Below are positions 13,948-29,544 of a stretch of 64,000 nucleotides of DNA, piece after piece. The stretch's first letter is position 1; each line of letters starts with the position of its first letter. The notes under the pieces are model-generated. The model did not search any database, had not been told where the DNA came from, and saw nothing but the letters and a program-made list of their open reading frames with translations. Origin of the DNA: Eledone cirrhosa (lineage: Eukaryota); assembly GCA_964016885.1 (NCBI GenBank), contig OZ024750.1, forward strand, positions 45,260,001-45,324,000. Direction: 5' to 3'. The position numbers were made by a program, and so were the translations under genes.

Positions 13948-14849
13948 AACTACTAACGTTGGTAGCATTAGCGGCCAATCTACAAAACCTATTACACCTG
14001 CAATAGTTTATATAAAACTGGAACAGAATGAGGCCCAGCTCATGCCATCGTTGTAAAGGTGTGCTATTTTTTTAATTGACATATATAGCTTTTGTAATAG
14101 AAACCGCCGACGTTCCAGGTAAAATATTTTCTCTGCCTCTTTAATGCTGTTATTCTCTCTCCGATTTCCACACACAGTGTCTACGCATCCTGTGCTGAGC
14201 ACTTTGAAAATCGAATTAATATTTGCCACACCGAGACAACAATACTTTTATGTTTATCATTGACCCGCTGGAGGGAGTGACTGAGGACTCTGTCTTCACG
14301 ACCTTCTCAGACAGGAGTGGGTAAAGACGAAGAAGAAGAAGAAGAAGAAGAAGAAGAAGAAGAAGAAGAAGAAGACGACGACTACATATATGATATATAT
14401 ATTCATATATGGACATAGATTAGTGTTTGTGTATTTATGCATACACACATATATGCACCGGATAAGCGAAGATGCACTGTATATAATAATGTTTGTGCAG
14501 GGCTTCCCTGAGAAATGAAAACAATTTCAAGGGTTCCATATGGGTAAAAAGGTTGAGAAACGCTTGTATAAAGGGACATAACTAAAGTGTGTGGTGTATA
14601 TTATTTGCCATACTCTGTCTTACCGACGGTATGTTCTGGCTTAGTCATTTGGCTCTTTACTGCACAATTCTCAGTCGTGCATTGCACTCTAGTTTAAATT
14701 GATTCAGTTCAAATAACGAAAATGACTTGAACCTGGAGTTTCAAGTCCCAGCCACACTCATACTCACTGTGACACATTGAGTTTCACCGCGGTGTACACG
14801 TTGGTCATTCTGTATTTTTTGTTTCAGATGTTCTTACTTTAATTATAGG

Positions 14850-15936
14850 GCCTGTTGATCCTTTAGGCATTCAAATTGTTAATCTTAACATTCCCTAAAA
14901 ATTATAGCTGTAATTATTTTCTAAATTATATAATATAAACTATTTTCAATATAATATAATTAATTTAATATTATATAATAACTTTAGTAAAATTTACCTT
15001 CGTGAGGTTGTAAAAACATTATGTTTTCTTTCTCGTGTTTGTAATTCCTCTAAATTTGATTTCCTATAATTTGATTTTATAAATTAAGTGTGATAGTATG
15101 CTTTAATATTAATACAGATATTTATTAACTTTTATAACCTAAATTATTCATTACTCTGAACTAACTTAAATTAAATGATTTGAATGTTAACGGTGAAACA
15201 GATATGTTTGGATATATATTGTATATATAGATAATTGTCTTCATATGAATACACCCAATTATATTTAAAATTCCGATTGATGAATATTTTTAGATATTTC
15301 AATAATTCAATGAATTGAATTTTTTTCTTTTTCCTAAAGCTAAGCCCAAATGTTGTTCTAATTTAATATCTCCCTATATTATTACATTATAAAAGTTATT
15401 CCTCTTTATCTCTTTCTCTGTAATCAACTCTCTTTTGTTTTCTAGGCTCCTACTAGCTATATTATCCCCTCATCTGTTTCTTCCTCTATGCATTTCTTTT
15501 CTTTCATCTTTCTTCAGTAATTTAAATTATTTGATTCTTTAACAGTTATATTGCTGCCATGTATTCTTTTAAGCTTTCTCACACGCACCCTCTCTATTAT
15601 ATGTATTATATGTAGTTTTTTTCATGTTTTCAATATTAAGGTATGTAAATATTGAGTTTTGTCATATTTTTACTCACTACCATGACTGAATCTTAACCAT
15701 CTACTATGTCAGGGTATGTCATGCATCACCTTATTTTATCTGATGAGGACGTACTGTTGAAGTTAACTCAGTACCTCTGAAATATGTATAATAAAATATA
15801 CTTGATCACAAGAATATCTATTTTATTAATATTCTGGATTAATATTAATAACTCCGGAAAAAACATACTTGTTGAGTGCTTCCAATCTATTGTAAAACTC
15901 ATTCTTTGAATTATTCATGGAACCTTGTTTAACCTT

Positions 15937-15940
<4 letters not shown>
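14850..15940 (+). mobile_element. Family A PLE 3' UTR plus pseudo-LTR and tail
   Basis: Homologous to 51650-52250; tail 15830-15940 is the reverse complement of 49016-49130. Confidence 0.75.
15732..15798 (+). ncRNA. Type I minimal hammerhead, family A (predicted cut after 15790)
   Basis: TATTTTAT-CTGATGA-GGACGTACTG..CAGTACCTCT-GAAA-TATGTA-TA-ATAAAATA. Confidence 0.8.
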
Positions 15941-16000
<60 letters not shown>

Positions 16001-16504
16001 CGTGTGTGTGTATTGCGGATTCAATAGGGGTTACCCACAGTAAGTAAGGTACTCAATATATGGCCGAGTATAAATATTTAATATAGAAATGGCCGGCCTC
16101 TACAGGAAAAGAACTGTTTTATTCGAAGGAAATCACCAGGAAAGGCTTGACTGAATACACACATGCCTCTTCTTAAGAAACTTTTTTCTGTTCCCTCCTC
16201 TTCTCATTTTCTATTTTTCCATCTTTTTTATTTCATATTTTATTTCCCATTCTAACTTTTGATGAAGGACTAAAGTGCCAAACGTAAATACTTTTTTTAC
16301 TACTATATCAAATGTTAAAATAACATACTTCTTCGTGTTAGTGTGTTGTTTGCTGTGATGTTTCGGTTTATATTTTGAATATACCCAAGCATGCACTCAT
16401 ACATAGACACACAGATACACAGACACACACACACACACACGCAGACACACAGACACACACGCAAACACACACACACCCACACACACACACACGCACGCAC
16501 ACAC

Positions 16505-16548
<44 letters not shown>

Positions 16549-17686
16549 GTAGTCTCATAAATATATAAAGAAAATTACTAAAGAATTTAAACAACATCTT
16601 CACGCATGTATTTTGATTCTGTTTATCTTTATTTTTTCCTTGTTTTACATAATTATTTCTTTCATTATTCATTTCATTTACGTTAATTATTTACGGTATT
16701 TGTTTACGTTTTTCGTTTTCCACAATTTATTTTCTCCTTTAGGGAAAATTTTACAATTATTGACATAAACCGGATCTAACCAAGAAATATTCAGTTTGTA
16801 CCGATTTGTTAAAAACAAAGAAAAACTTGTTTAAAATCCAAGTGTAAATAAATTCATATAGCCCTGGAGATATATAAAGTCAAGTAATTAGACAAGAATG
16901 ATGTTAGTCTTTGTTATGTCAAATTACGTATTCTAGATAATTTATTTCAATTCTGCATCGTACATTATTTAAAGAAGATCCTAATTGTGAGATAAAATAG
17001 AGAGCTTTTTAGTCTTCTAGTGCAAGCGCGTGTTTATGTTAAGGTTTTCGCTCATGATCATCATTGATTCATATTTTTCTCAACTATTTTGTGTGATGTT
17101 TGATGCTTTGTATTTTAAATTCAAAGCTACTACGCAGTAACATTTTGGTGTACTATTGTAATATGCACGGCGTTAATTCTGCAACAACATTGATACACAG
17201 TCACGTGTCATCGAGGGAATGTTGTTCGTGACCATAAAGTTAAGAGTTGGATCTCCAAAACAGGAAGCGCGCTCTGTTATTTCAGTTTGCTTCGACACTG
17301 GTGTCTTTTCCTTAGATAATATCAGTGGAGTCTGGAGGTGGGACTTGAATGCAAGCGCAGCTGTCGGTCTTCCCCACAAAAAAAAATATAAAAAACTTGC
17401 CAAGGTTTCTACTTAGGAAAGTAACTTTCTAAATACAAAAAAAAAAAAAAAATGATTAACATATCTTAACCAAAATGAAATCCATATTCACTCCAGAATA
17501 ATTTACGGAGAAGATCCTGACGTGTCCGAACACGTTTTGAAGGAGAAATGACGATAATGGCGATGGAAAATCCTGAAAGTTTTAAAGGAGCCTGAATGCG
17601 ATAGTTGACGTTGCTTGTTCTGAAATAGAAATAAAATATTGCCATTTTCAGGGCGTATTCTGTTAGGAATACTGTATCAAATATAA

Positions 17687-17897
17687 TCGTTTCTGATTTA
17701 GGTACAAGGCCAGCAATTTGGGGGGATGGGAAAGTGGATTTAAACGACTCCAGTAGGTGACTGGGACTTTATTGTATCGATCACGTAAGTATGAAAGGCA
17801 AAGCTAACCTCTGCGTGATTTGATCTCAGAACGTAAAGCCCGTAACTCTATGCCGTAAAGCATGTTGTCCGACGCTCTACCCATACTGCCAATTACC
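17687..17897 (-). mobile_element. Octopus-type tRNA-derived SINE
   Basis: Reverse complement of the 33131-33348 family (GGCAG..GTTCTGAG..GGCCTTGTGCCTAAA). Confidence 0.75.
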
Positions 17898-18520
17898 ATT
17901 CTGTATCAAATATAATATTTCTCGATTGTGTTATTATTAGCTATCTTTACACCAGCTGTTACGTTCAAACTGCAATAATATGAAATGTAGACAACATATT
18001 AAGGTGATGGCAAAGTTCCGAATGAAAACTCTGTAATATTGTCTAAACAATTTAGAAAATAAAACAAAACTCACTATATTCATTTCTATTTTATAAATAA
18101 CTTGCTATCCCATTTCACTACGGTACAAAGATATAAATATCATTGACTAAACAGTAAATATTCCTCGATATACTTAATAACATAAGTTTAATATCGTCAT
18201 AAAAAAAAATTGAAAGAACTACGGCAATATAACAGTATATATATATAAATATATATTTGTGTATAGTGTTAGCTATGGTGCTTCCGTATGCGGTATGCCA
18301 AAATTAGCACTCGATATTCATCAGAGTAGAGTGTAGATATTATAAAGAAAACGAAAAATCAGTGATGCATCTGGACTTAGTTTCTTTCGTGTTACAAATG
18401 TTTAGCTGGCATGTAGCTCTAGTCATGGTTCTTGTATGGATCTGGCTGATTCTACTCCTGCGGGTTCTTTCAGACACGGGTGTTATGTCCGGAGCAAAAG
18501 ATGGTTAAAAGAGTTACATG

Positions 18521-18591
18521 TATTTTATTATGCGCATTTCAAAAACAAATATCATCATGGGATGACATTTGCGTTCTCATCAGATAAAATA
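18521..18591 (-). ncRNA. Type I minimal hammerhead, family B
   Basis: Minus: TATTTTAT-CTGATGA...GAAA-TGCGCA-TA-ATAAAATA. Confidence 0.8.
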
Positions 18592-20286
18592 AGGAGACAT
18601 GATATGAAGCTTAAAAAACACTTGCGAGCAGTGAAGTGTTAAATCAACATATAAAAAATAAAATAAGATGGATATATGAGATTGGGAAAAAAAAGGATAG
18701 GAATTGGGGGAATGAATACAATAAAACTCACCTCCTACAATCAATATATATATATATATACATATATATATGTTATTTTATATTTATTAAAATAACATTA
18801 AAGTTTAAGCAAAGAATCGCTGCTTTCAACCTTAACGGGATCTTTCTGAAGGGTGAAAGCAGTGATGATTATGTTATTTCAATAAATATTTGCTTTATTT
18901 TTTTTATATATTTTTAAAATCGGATTTTAGTCTTCACATTTATTATTATTACTATATGATTATATATATATATATTTTTTTTACCACTGTGGATATATTT
19001 TTAGTTTAAATGCACGATTTAAAATCATATCATTGGTAAACAAACTCCAAGAAATGTAAAATATATATAATTATATATTTAGTATTTGCAAATAAAAAGG
19101 AAGTAACATTTTATTGTTTGTATCAGTATGTTTGAATAGACTGCTTCTAAATATCTCTTATTGCTTACGTCAGTAAAAGCTGAACAAATATGTCTTGTTA
19201 TGTAATAGAAATATGTATCGTTGTTTTAAAAAAATCCATTATGACTATCTTATGATCGATGGCGACTTAACTTTGTTTAGGCACAGTTGTCAAACGACTT
19301 ACTCATCGTTTCAAACTAGCAAAGATCTAGAAACAATGCGAAAACAATGTTGGTAGATATTATCTATGCGGACTTTCCAAGTCAGCAAAATCGCTCCCAT
19401 AAGATTTAGCGAGCAATTTCACACCTTTGTGTGAAGTGCAAAAGTAGAAAGAAGAGCGAAGCGTTATGCCAGCGGCTGCTTGTTCATCGGCAGTTATGAA
19501 GGGCTAATGTATTTCCCTGCAGCACCATACTTCATCAATCATCTGCACAAAATAAAAGTCTGCCTGAAGTATGGTGTGCGCATGTGGTTTCTTAATGAAA
19601 CTTGTTTTCAGATGATGCATTGAGTTGAAAAGAAGTAGAGAAAAACAGAAGAAAATAAGGGAAAGAGTGGGGTAGATATACAGAGTGGAATGAGATAAGT
19701 AACAAATATATAAAAAACTTCGCAAGTAATCTTAAGATTAAGTGATTATTGAGTGGATGGTTGCTACTTGGGTAGTTATCTGCTTAATTGCATAGAATCA
19801 TGAAATAAGAACTTATTTTCTAAAACACAAGCTGAAGGCTGTGTGAAGCGTTCAAGTATATTTAGTATAGAAACCAAGAAAGAAATAGCACCACAAAAAC
19901 AACAGGAGTATTTACTAAAAGATTTGATCGATTAAATGAAATAAAATAAAAACAATAAACATTTTCACACTTCAGTTATTATACTTAGAAACCATTATTT
20001 CTACGTCGTAAATTTTATATAAGATAAAGATAATATATTTTAAGTATCTAATCTCTGGAGGTAATGTCAGCCACTTCTGAAATCATAAAACATCTACAGA
20101 AAGTTTACGTTGTATATATACATACCGATGAAAAACCAAAAAAGGCAAAACTTTATACACAGACTCTCTAAACTATAGTAGGAAGTCCTGTATATAAATG
20201 TGGTTTATGTGGAAGGTATATTCATAGGGGTTTAGTTTTATCTATTTATTTAGACAGTTGAACAATACAATATTTCCTTTTGATAA

Positions 20287-20379
<93 letters not shown>

Positions 20380-20445
20380 AATCTATTATATATATATATA
20401 TATAAATGGAAAAGAATGAAACGAAATTTCATTTCTCACTCTTAG

Positions 20446-20483
<38 letters not shown>

Positions 20484-20486
<3 letters not shown>

Positions 20487-20678
20487 AAAATGGTTAACCC
20501 CGACGACAGAGGTCAAGCCGTTTCGACGGCTATTTCTGAACTAAATTAGAATGTTTAGCATGGTAAATAAATAGCCCGTCGGGGTTAAACTTCTTCCTAT
20601 CACCCACTCTACTACCCTTAGTATTGAGTACGCTGGTGCGTTATGGTCCATCTGGTTCCTTACCACATCTCCTTCATT
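20484..20678. mobile_element. Diverged family D fold-back module
   Basis: Arms homologous to 61220-61358; flanked by (TA)n. Confidence 0.75.
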
Positions 20679-21560
20679 ATATATATATATATATATACTA
20701 TATTATATTTAGAGATTAAAGTCAAAGTCGTTTACAATTAATCAGCTCAAAGAAAAAGGCTCAAAGAAAGAGGCATTTCTGAGCAGTGAAAAAGGCTTTT
20801 GCCAACATAAGCTTGTCTTTATTGACTTATATCGAGACAGACAAATTGTATTCACTTTAATTAGTTTATTTCATGCTAGCTAACTTTGTTTCTTACAATA
20901 CAAATACGTTTTGTGTTTATCATATATATTAATATATAACTTGTATATATATATATAATTTTAATTTCGACCGCCAAAAGCCGGGGGTTACCTCCCTTTG
21001 GAATACCACGTGACCACCAGCAGACTTACTGCCATAACTCACACCCGACAGCTGCTTAGAACGGAAACCTGTTGAGAAAGTGAACCGCCTGTTCGATCTT
21101 CCAATAACTTGCATACCCGCAAGTGGATTTGTTGATTTCGGTTTCACAGAAACCTACTGGAGATATTGCATAATATCGACGCGATGGTCCAGGTTTGTCA
21201 AATTATGCTGAGTTGGTTTTCTCGTTGCTTTGATTCATGCGTCTGGCTTACCGGTTGCAAACTTCAATTTGCCAAGCTGTCTAAACGTAATGTTATTACT
21301 CTAAGGTATAATACCTTATTGAATGCTTAGCTACACATTCCGATTGCATTCGTTAGCATAGCTGCAGCCAGAGCTTCGATTATGCTGAACTTCCATTTGT
21401 ATATATATTAAGAAATTTTATCCTGATAGTCGGGTATCTTTTTTCCATTTCTTACAGTGTTCTAAACAACACTATCAGGCTATAATTTCTTTAGTAGAAA
21501 GAATACGGCGAAATCTTCTATTACTAATTTAAAACACGCTCGCTGTTTCAAAACATACTT

Positions 21561-21624
<64 letters not shown>

Positions 21625-21843
21625 AATAAGGGTTGGAGGACCCAGCATATTTATCAATGCCAGTACCGGTTATATCTCAGCGCACTCAATAGGCAATGTA
21701 AGACACATTACCAGAGTATACACATAATAATTTGCCTCAACACAATCCACGTATATATATATATATATATATATCCAGAGAGAGAGAGAGAGAGAGAGAG
21801 ACAGAAAGAGGGATAGAGAGAGAGATTAAGAGGGAGAGATTAC

Positions 21844-21879
<36 letters not shown>

Positions 21880-22067
21880 AAGAGTGGGCATATTAAATCG
21901 TGTAGCTTTATTTGTTGTTACGCTATGATAGATTTGGGTATAATTCTGAAGGAGGTGATTGGTTCCACTTCATGTCTAGTGTTATATATATATACCTTAT
22001 TCTTACTTTTATACCTTATTATAGTGTAATCTTCCCCATGCCTTATTATACACTATTAATTATAGAT

Positions 22068-22155
22068 TTGCCTTTCATCCTTACGGGGTCGATAAAATAA
22101 AGTACCAGTAATGCACTGGGTAATTGCTGGCCTTGTGCCTAAAGTAGAAACAATT
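22068..22155 (+). mobile_element. 3' half of Octopus-type SINE (further pieces at 167-216, 30003-30070, 53436-53490)
   Basis: TTGCCTTTCATCC..GGGGTCGATAAAATAAAGTACCAG..GGCCTTGTGCCTAAAGTAGAAAC. Confidence 0.75.
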
Positions 22156-22492
22156 AATAATAGATTATTATTATTACTCTTTTTCCATTTCTAATTACCT
22201 CATGTACTTTCTCCTCCGCTATATATATATATATATTGTATGCCCTTTGTGTTTGTGTAGCCTCTGCGCACCCTCTGCACCATACTATCGACGCCACCCC
22301 ATCTATGTTTCAGCTAACCACCCGACTCCCGGGAATGAATATAACCGCAGCTAGTAAACAAGGACCCACACACCACCCTCCCGCACCAAAATTAGACTTA
22401 TCGGCCCCTACTTTTGCTCTTTACTCTCTTTACTGTTTGTTCTTGAATGTTTGGTTGGTAGAGTCCATAACACCAATCAAACCCCTTTTATA

Positions 22493-22533
22493 GCTCTGAC
22501 GAATCCTACGAGTAAGGAAGAAACATTGTAAGC
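22493..22533 (+). ncRNA. Minimal type I hammerhead at the end of a (TA)n-flanked insert (22236-22550)
   Basis: GCT-CTGACGA-ATCCT(ACGAGTA)AGGAA-GAAA-CATTG-TA-AGC, with distal TTTTA/TAAAA pairing. Confidence 0.7.
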
Positions 22534-22546
22534 CAATAAAAATCTT

Positions 22547-22625
<79 letters not shown>

Positions 22626-22626
22626 T

Positions 22627-23487
<861 letters not shown>

Positions 23488-24064
23488 AACCAAATTTAAT
23501 GTAACAATGTCTTCTACCGATCTAGAATAGTTTCATTCGTATGAAATCCTTTAGAAGCCATTTCTATATTAAACTTTGTATTATCCATATGGTGTTTCAT
23601 TGTTTATAATTCTTCAAAACGTAACTGTACACCTGAACATGAAAAACTAAAAGAATGATCCAGAATATATTTAAGAATCATACTCGATGTAAGTTTGAGA
23701 GCAAAATATTTCTGCACCAAAATAAATTTGTATTTCTAAGTTAGGCACAAATGAAACAAATAATTCTAGTATTTGATTGGTACTTCATTAAATCAACCAA
23801 GGAAAGACGACAATCAAATAGGATACTGGCAGAATGTGATCTAAGAAAGTATTTTATAGGATGCTCTACCAATTCTGCCAATATCTCACCCAGGCAATAG
23901 TTTAGCAAAAAAGAAGAACAACAATATCGTTTATTTAAAATACATGTATATTACGATGATCGGCTCATTTTGTAAATACGTTCGTAATTAATTCCACATT
24001 TGCAAGTAATTAATTGTGAAGGAAAGCAGAAATCACGCTGAGATAATTTAGTACATTCACTCTT

Positions 24065-24940
24065 AACACAAACCTACACGACACACATACACTCACACAT
24101 ATAGAGGCGTGCACACATACACAACAGATACATAACGCACACACACTCACATACATACACAAAACCTATATAACACAGACACACACACACACATTGACGT
24201 GCACACATACACAAAACCTATATAACACACACACACTCACATACATAGGCGCACACACATACACAAACCGTACATAACACACAGACTCACACATACATAG
24301 GCGTACACATATACACAAACCGTAAATAACACACATACACTCACACATATAGAGGCGTGCACACATACACAAACCACACATAACACAGATACTCACACAT
24401 ATACATAGACGTGCACACATACACAAAACCTATATAACACACACACACTCACATACAGACGTGCACACATACACAAACCGTACATAACACACACACACTC
24501 ACACACATAGGCCTGCACACATACACAACACGTACATAACACACACACACTCACACACATACGCGTGCAGACATACACAAACCGTACATAGCACACACTC
24601 ACGCAAATAGGCATGCACACATGCACAAACCGTACATAGCACACACTCACACACATAGGCCTGCACACATACACAAAACGTACATAGCACACACTCACAC
24701 ACATAGGCCTGCACACATACACAAACCGTACATAGCACACACTCACACACATAGGCCTGCACACATACACAAAACGTACATAACACACACACACTCACAC
24801 ACATGGGCGTGCACACATACACAAACCGTACATAACAAACACACAGACATTCAAACGCATGGGCGTACACGCATACACAAAATGTACATGGCACACACAC
24901 ACACAGCCACACACAGAGGCGTGCACACATACACAACACC
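24065..24940. repeat. About 40-46-bp CA-rich minisatellite
   Basis: Unit ..GCACACATACACAAACCGTACATA(A/G)CACACACTCACACACATAGGC.. Confidence 0.85.
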
Positions 24941-25009
24941 TACATATTCACTGAAATACAAAACATGTTAAACACATACACACACTCAACAAACAACATA
25001 TATATACAC

Positions 25010-25590
25010 ACACTCTCGAACACAAAGAGACTCACAGACTCTCTAACACAGAGAGACACACACTCTCTAACACAGAGAGACACACACTCACTCTCTAACA
25101 CAGAGAGACACACACACACTCTCTAACACAGAGAGACATACACACATACTCTCGAACACAGAGAGACATACACACATACTCTCGAACACAGAGAGACATA
25201 CACACACTCTCGAACAGAGAGAGACATATACACACACTCTCGTACACAGAGAGACACGCACACACACTCTCTAACACACAGAGACACACACACACTCTCT
25301 AATACAGAGAGACATACACACACTCTCTCTAACACAGAGAGACACACACACACTCTCTAACACAGAGAGACATACACACACTCTCGAACACAGAGAGACA
25401 CACACACACTCTCGAACACAGAGAGACATACACACACTCTCGAACACAGAGAAACATACACACACTCTCTAACACAGAGAGACATACACACACTCTCTAA
25501 CACAGAGAGACATACACACACTCTCGTACACAGGTACACAGAGAGACATATACACATACTCTCGAAAACAGAGAGACATATACACACACT
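25010..25590. repeat. About 26-bp minisatellite
   Basis: Unit CTCT(CG/CT)AACACAGAGAGACATACACACA. Confidence 0.85.
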
Positions 25591-25959
25591 CACAATATAT
25601 ATTGATAGTAATTCTAACAAGAAACTACCACACAACACACATTAACACTCAAAGAGAAAACACTGAAACATGCACACACACACACACTGTCATACATCCA
25701 CTCATAACGTATGTAGTCAGTCTAACACAAAATGCAGAGACACCCGTACACAGCCAAACACACGCACACATATGCCATTCACACATATTGTACGTTTTAG
25801 ACAAAAAATCCACTTATAGCTATAATTAGAATAAAAATCTACTTTAATTAGTAATTAGAGGTTTTTGACTAGGAAATTTTAATAAATATAAAAAAAAAAT
25901 AAATGAAGAGGAGCTAGAAAAATTGAAATCATAATATGCATGCATACATGCATTCAACA

Positions 25960-26560
25960 TACATACATGCATTCAACATACATACATGCATTCAACATAC
26001 ATACATACATACATGCAGCATACACACATACATGCATACGTGATAGCTGCCCCCTTGTTATCGAGTACGGCCATTGCATGATATACCATTATTAATAATT
26101 ATTAAATGATTCTAGCGTGCAATGCCTGTGCGTGAAGAATTTTTTTAAAGTGAGGAAAGACTGTGCACTGAGCCAATTCCACTCTCTGAGAGACAGTAGC
26201 TATAACCCGAAAAGAAGAAAAGATCAACATCATCGGTAACTACTGAGCCGCAGGTTTTATATCGGAGTTATCCCAGTTTCCTGAGTTGCCGTCTCCTAGA
26301 AGAATGTCCTGGCAAAGGCTAGGGGTCCTTTAGTCACAGTGGTTTAAGCGGCAGGTACATATGTAGATACATATTTATACACTTTTGGATGGCCGTTGAC
26401 TCTTATGAGTTCTTCCTCCCTTTGTCAGGTATTTTATTTTGTCCTGCAGGCTGTCCAAAATCACCCCCCTCACCAAGTAGACTTCGTGGCGTTGCCGGTT
26501 TAGTCGCCGACGACGCGACCATGCAAAAGGTTGTACTGGGTTACATGTTACCAGTAGCAC
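25960..26560 (-). mobile_element. Non-autonomous RTE-tailed short element with (TGTA)n tail
   Basis: Homologous to 36625-37007 (minus) and 37640-37960 (plus); ends ACTCGATAAC(A/G)AGGGGGCAGC(C/T)ATCA plus a TGTA-type repeat. Confidence 0.65.
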
Positions 26561-26569
26561 TCAAGAATG

Positions 26570-29204
26570 CCTGTAAGAAATTAACACCACCTGTACCATC
26601 TAAGTCTACCTCGAATGCTGGGGAAAACAATATCGATAATAATAATAATCAAATGTATAAACAATTGAAAATTTCCCTCAACGAAATCTTCCAGAGAGAA
26701 ATTAACTCATGTATAAATATCTCTCTGGCTGAACGTGTTAAAATGACAATGTTTAATAAAAAAAAACAAATAATGAAATATTACGTGTTAATGACGAAAC
26801 AGGGGATGAATATTTACGACGGATACAAACCCCAAATCAACGCCTGTTTATATGCCTTAGCAACAACAGTGAAGCATTATCTTGGTGATAGCAGAAATAT
26901 TAACAAGAACAGAACACCACCAAAAATACCATCATATATAACTAAAGTAGAAAAAAAGATTGCTGACCTACGAAAATCCCATAGGATAAGTGACAATGCT
27001 CCTTACATGCAAATAAACACAAAAAACATCACTCCTCACCAACAATGAGTGAAAAATGAAATAGAGACGGTGTTTGGTAACAGTAGAACCAGAACTCTTC
27101 TATATAAGCTGATCACCCTTAAACAAGAATTGAGAGCTGTTAATAAAAAAACGCCGATAGCTGAAGAAGGTAAATGAGAGAAAAGTGCTTAATAAAAGAT
27201 TCAGACGAAACCAAACATCAGTCTATAGAGATATGAAGAAGAAAATAATATGTGTCACTGAGGCCCCATCCAAGAAAGACAGATTCATTTTGGAGCAAAA
27301 TATGGGGTGAAAAGAACAATTTCAACCAAGATGCAGTGTGGGTAAGAGAAATCCGAAAGAACTATTGCTCCTACACTACAACAAAAACATACTAAATAAG
27401 TGAGGGTACCCTTGAGACTGTGATAGGAAAACTCCAAGATAAGAAAACATCAGGAAGAGACATGATTGTCAGCTACTGGTACAAAAACTGATATTCTATC
27501 GGAGGTATCTTACTAACCTCTACCAACAAGTTCTTAAGGGAGATACAAATATACCAGAATGTTTGACATTAGCACAAACATTACTGGTCCCCAAGAACAA
27601 AGACACCCACTTGGCAAAAAACTACCGACCCATTGCATGCCAGAACCTGACGTATAACATGTATACAGCCTGCCTGAACCTATTCCTCCAAGATCACTGT
27701 GGAAATAATAACATCATCACAGATGAACAACCAGCTGGAAAGAAAGGGATTTGGGGATGTGCTGAACAACTCCTAATCAATAAAACTGCGATGTCGGGGG
27801 TGCGACAACTTAGGAGGAATATGGCTACAGTCGGGCTGGACTACAGGAAAGCTTTCGATTCTGTTCCCCACTCTTGGATGATAGAGGCCCTCCAACTTGC
27901 TAAAGAACCAGACATTATTGTCAAAGCCATGGAGAGGCTGTCTTCTTCTTGAGCTATTATCCTAAGGTTAAAGACAGAGAGGGGGACTCCATTTTCACTG
28001 ATAAAATGATAAAATAAAATATCGCAGGGGTATATTTCAGGGGGACAGTCTCTCTGTGATATTATTCATCTTGTCATTAAACCCCTTGTCCTTTCTGCTC
28101 AAGAAATATGAGGGATACATCATTGGCGCACAGCAGGACAGAAATACGAATCTAACCCATAATTTCTTTGTGGACGATCTGAAACTCTATACCAAGAAAA
28201 TGGATGGGAGGAAGAAAAATCTTGATCTGGTTACAACGTTCTTAAAGGATATAGGAATGGAGTTTGGCCAAGATAAATGCTCATACATGATGTAAAGCGG
28301 GGAAAAACAAAAACCCAATCTAGTAACATTGTCATCAATGGCCTAACTGTTTCACCGATATCTGATGAGGACTGCTACAGATACCTGGGGATAGATGAGA
28401 ACATATCCTCTAATGGTGTCTGTAATAAGGAACGCGTAACCAGGAAATACTATACCCGATTAAGAAAGATTTTGTCATCGGAACTCTCTGCGCAAAACAA
28501 AACAGTGGCTCAATGTATTTGCTGTGCCTGTCCTAACACCAACGTTTGGAATACTCAATTGGACGATAGACGAAATCCGAGCAGTTGATGTTGGAACTCG
28601 AAAAATACTAAACAACACCGGAAACTTCCACATCAACAGTGACATAGACCGATTTACTTGAAACGTAAGCAGGGGGGTAGAGGCCTAACATCAGTCCAGA
28701 CAGCATTTAAATGTCGCATCATATCCCTCCGACAACATCAACGAATCTCGAAGCGTAGGAGACCGTCTCTCGAGCAACTCTATCAGCATGAAACAGATAA
28801 GATCATGAGAGTTGGGAAAGAACTCCTCGAGAGATATTCTCTGTGTTATAATCAAAACCTCACACCCAGGGAAGTCGCTCAGCAGTATCGCAGTGAATCC
28901 ATGGATGAAAAACTACATGCTTATCAGTAGAAAATAATGCGTGGATATGTTGCCAGGAAGCTCCAGAGTGAGAGTAATATAGATAAGGGAACTAGTCTAT
29001 CTTGGACCAACAACCGCTATATTGGCTCCCACTTTGAAGGATACGCTTTTGCAATCCAAGAACAGGAAATTAACACGAAATACCTGATTCACAAAAGAGA
29101 TAGGGATGCAGACACAACATGTGTCTGCATCCCTATGTGATAACAAGTGCAGACACTGCAGAACTAACATCGAAGATATCACCTATGTCATCAGCAGCTG
29201 TCCA
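26570..29204 (+). pseudogene. Decayed RLE-type non-LTR retrotransposon (R4/Dong-like) ORF
   Basis: LVPK..KNYRPIAC, DYRKAFDSVPHSW, GIFQGDSLS, FFVDDLKLY, YRYLG, RKQGGRGL, AIQEQEI.TKY, CRHC..EDI...ISSCP knuckle; many stops and frameshifts; truncated before the RLE. Confidence 0.85.
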
Positions 29205-29206
29205 TA

Positions 29207-29544
29207 CGATTTAAATATTTACCTCTTCTAGTGCCATGACCGACGGTTTCGCTAATCAAAAGATTCGAAATTCAGAGGATTTCCAATGGGAAGATATAGC
29301 TCTTCAGATAGCTTTTCCTATTATAGACACAACATATATTTACGTGGATACTTAGTACCTACTGCAATATCTATATAATTTATCTGAATTCTCCTTAATG
29401 TTGAGAAAAAAATGTTGTATCATGCTGCTATTTCTAGTAACATGAAATATCAACGAGTCTATTATTTCAGCTTTTTCTAACGGCCCGTTTGTGTGGTGGT
29501 CATTTTGTCGGTCATGGCACTAGAAGAGGTAAATATTTAAATCG
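29207..29544. mobile_element. About 340-bp element with 38-bp inverted termini, TA-flanked, truncating the LINE
   Basis: CGATTTAAATATTTACCTCTTCTAGTGCCATGACCGAC (29207-29244) and its reverse complement (29507-29544). Confidence 0.6.

Noticed and set aside
17173-17416. Non-repetitive short ORFs as host exons
   Set aside because: No recognisable motif or convincing splice signals.
26040-26560. Initially read as the 5' UTR of the R4/Dong-like LINE targeting (CATA)n
   Set aside because: It is an oppositely oriented short element, and the TGTA repeat is its own 3' tail.
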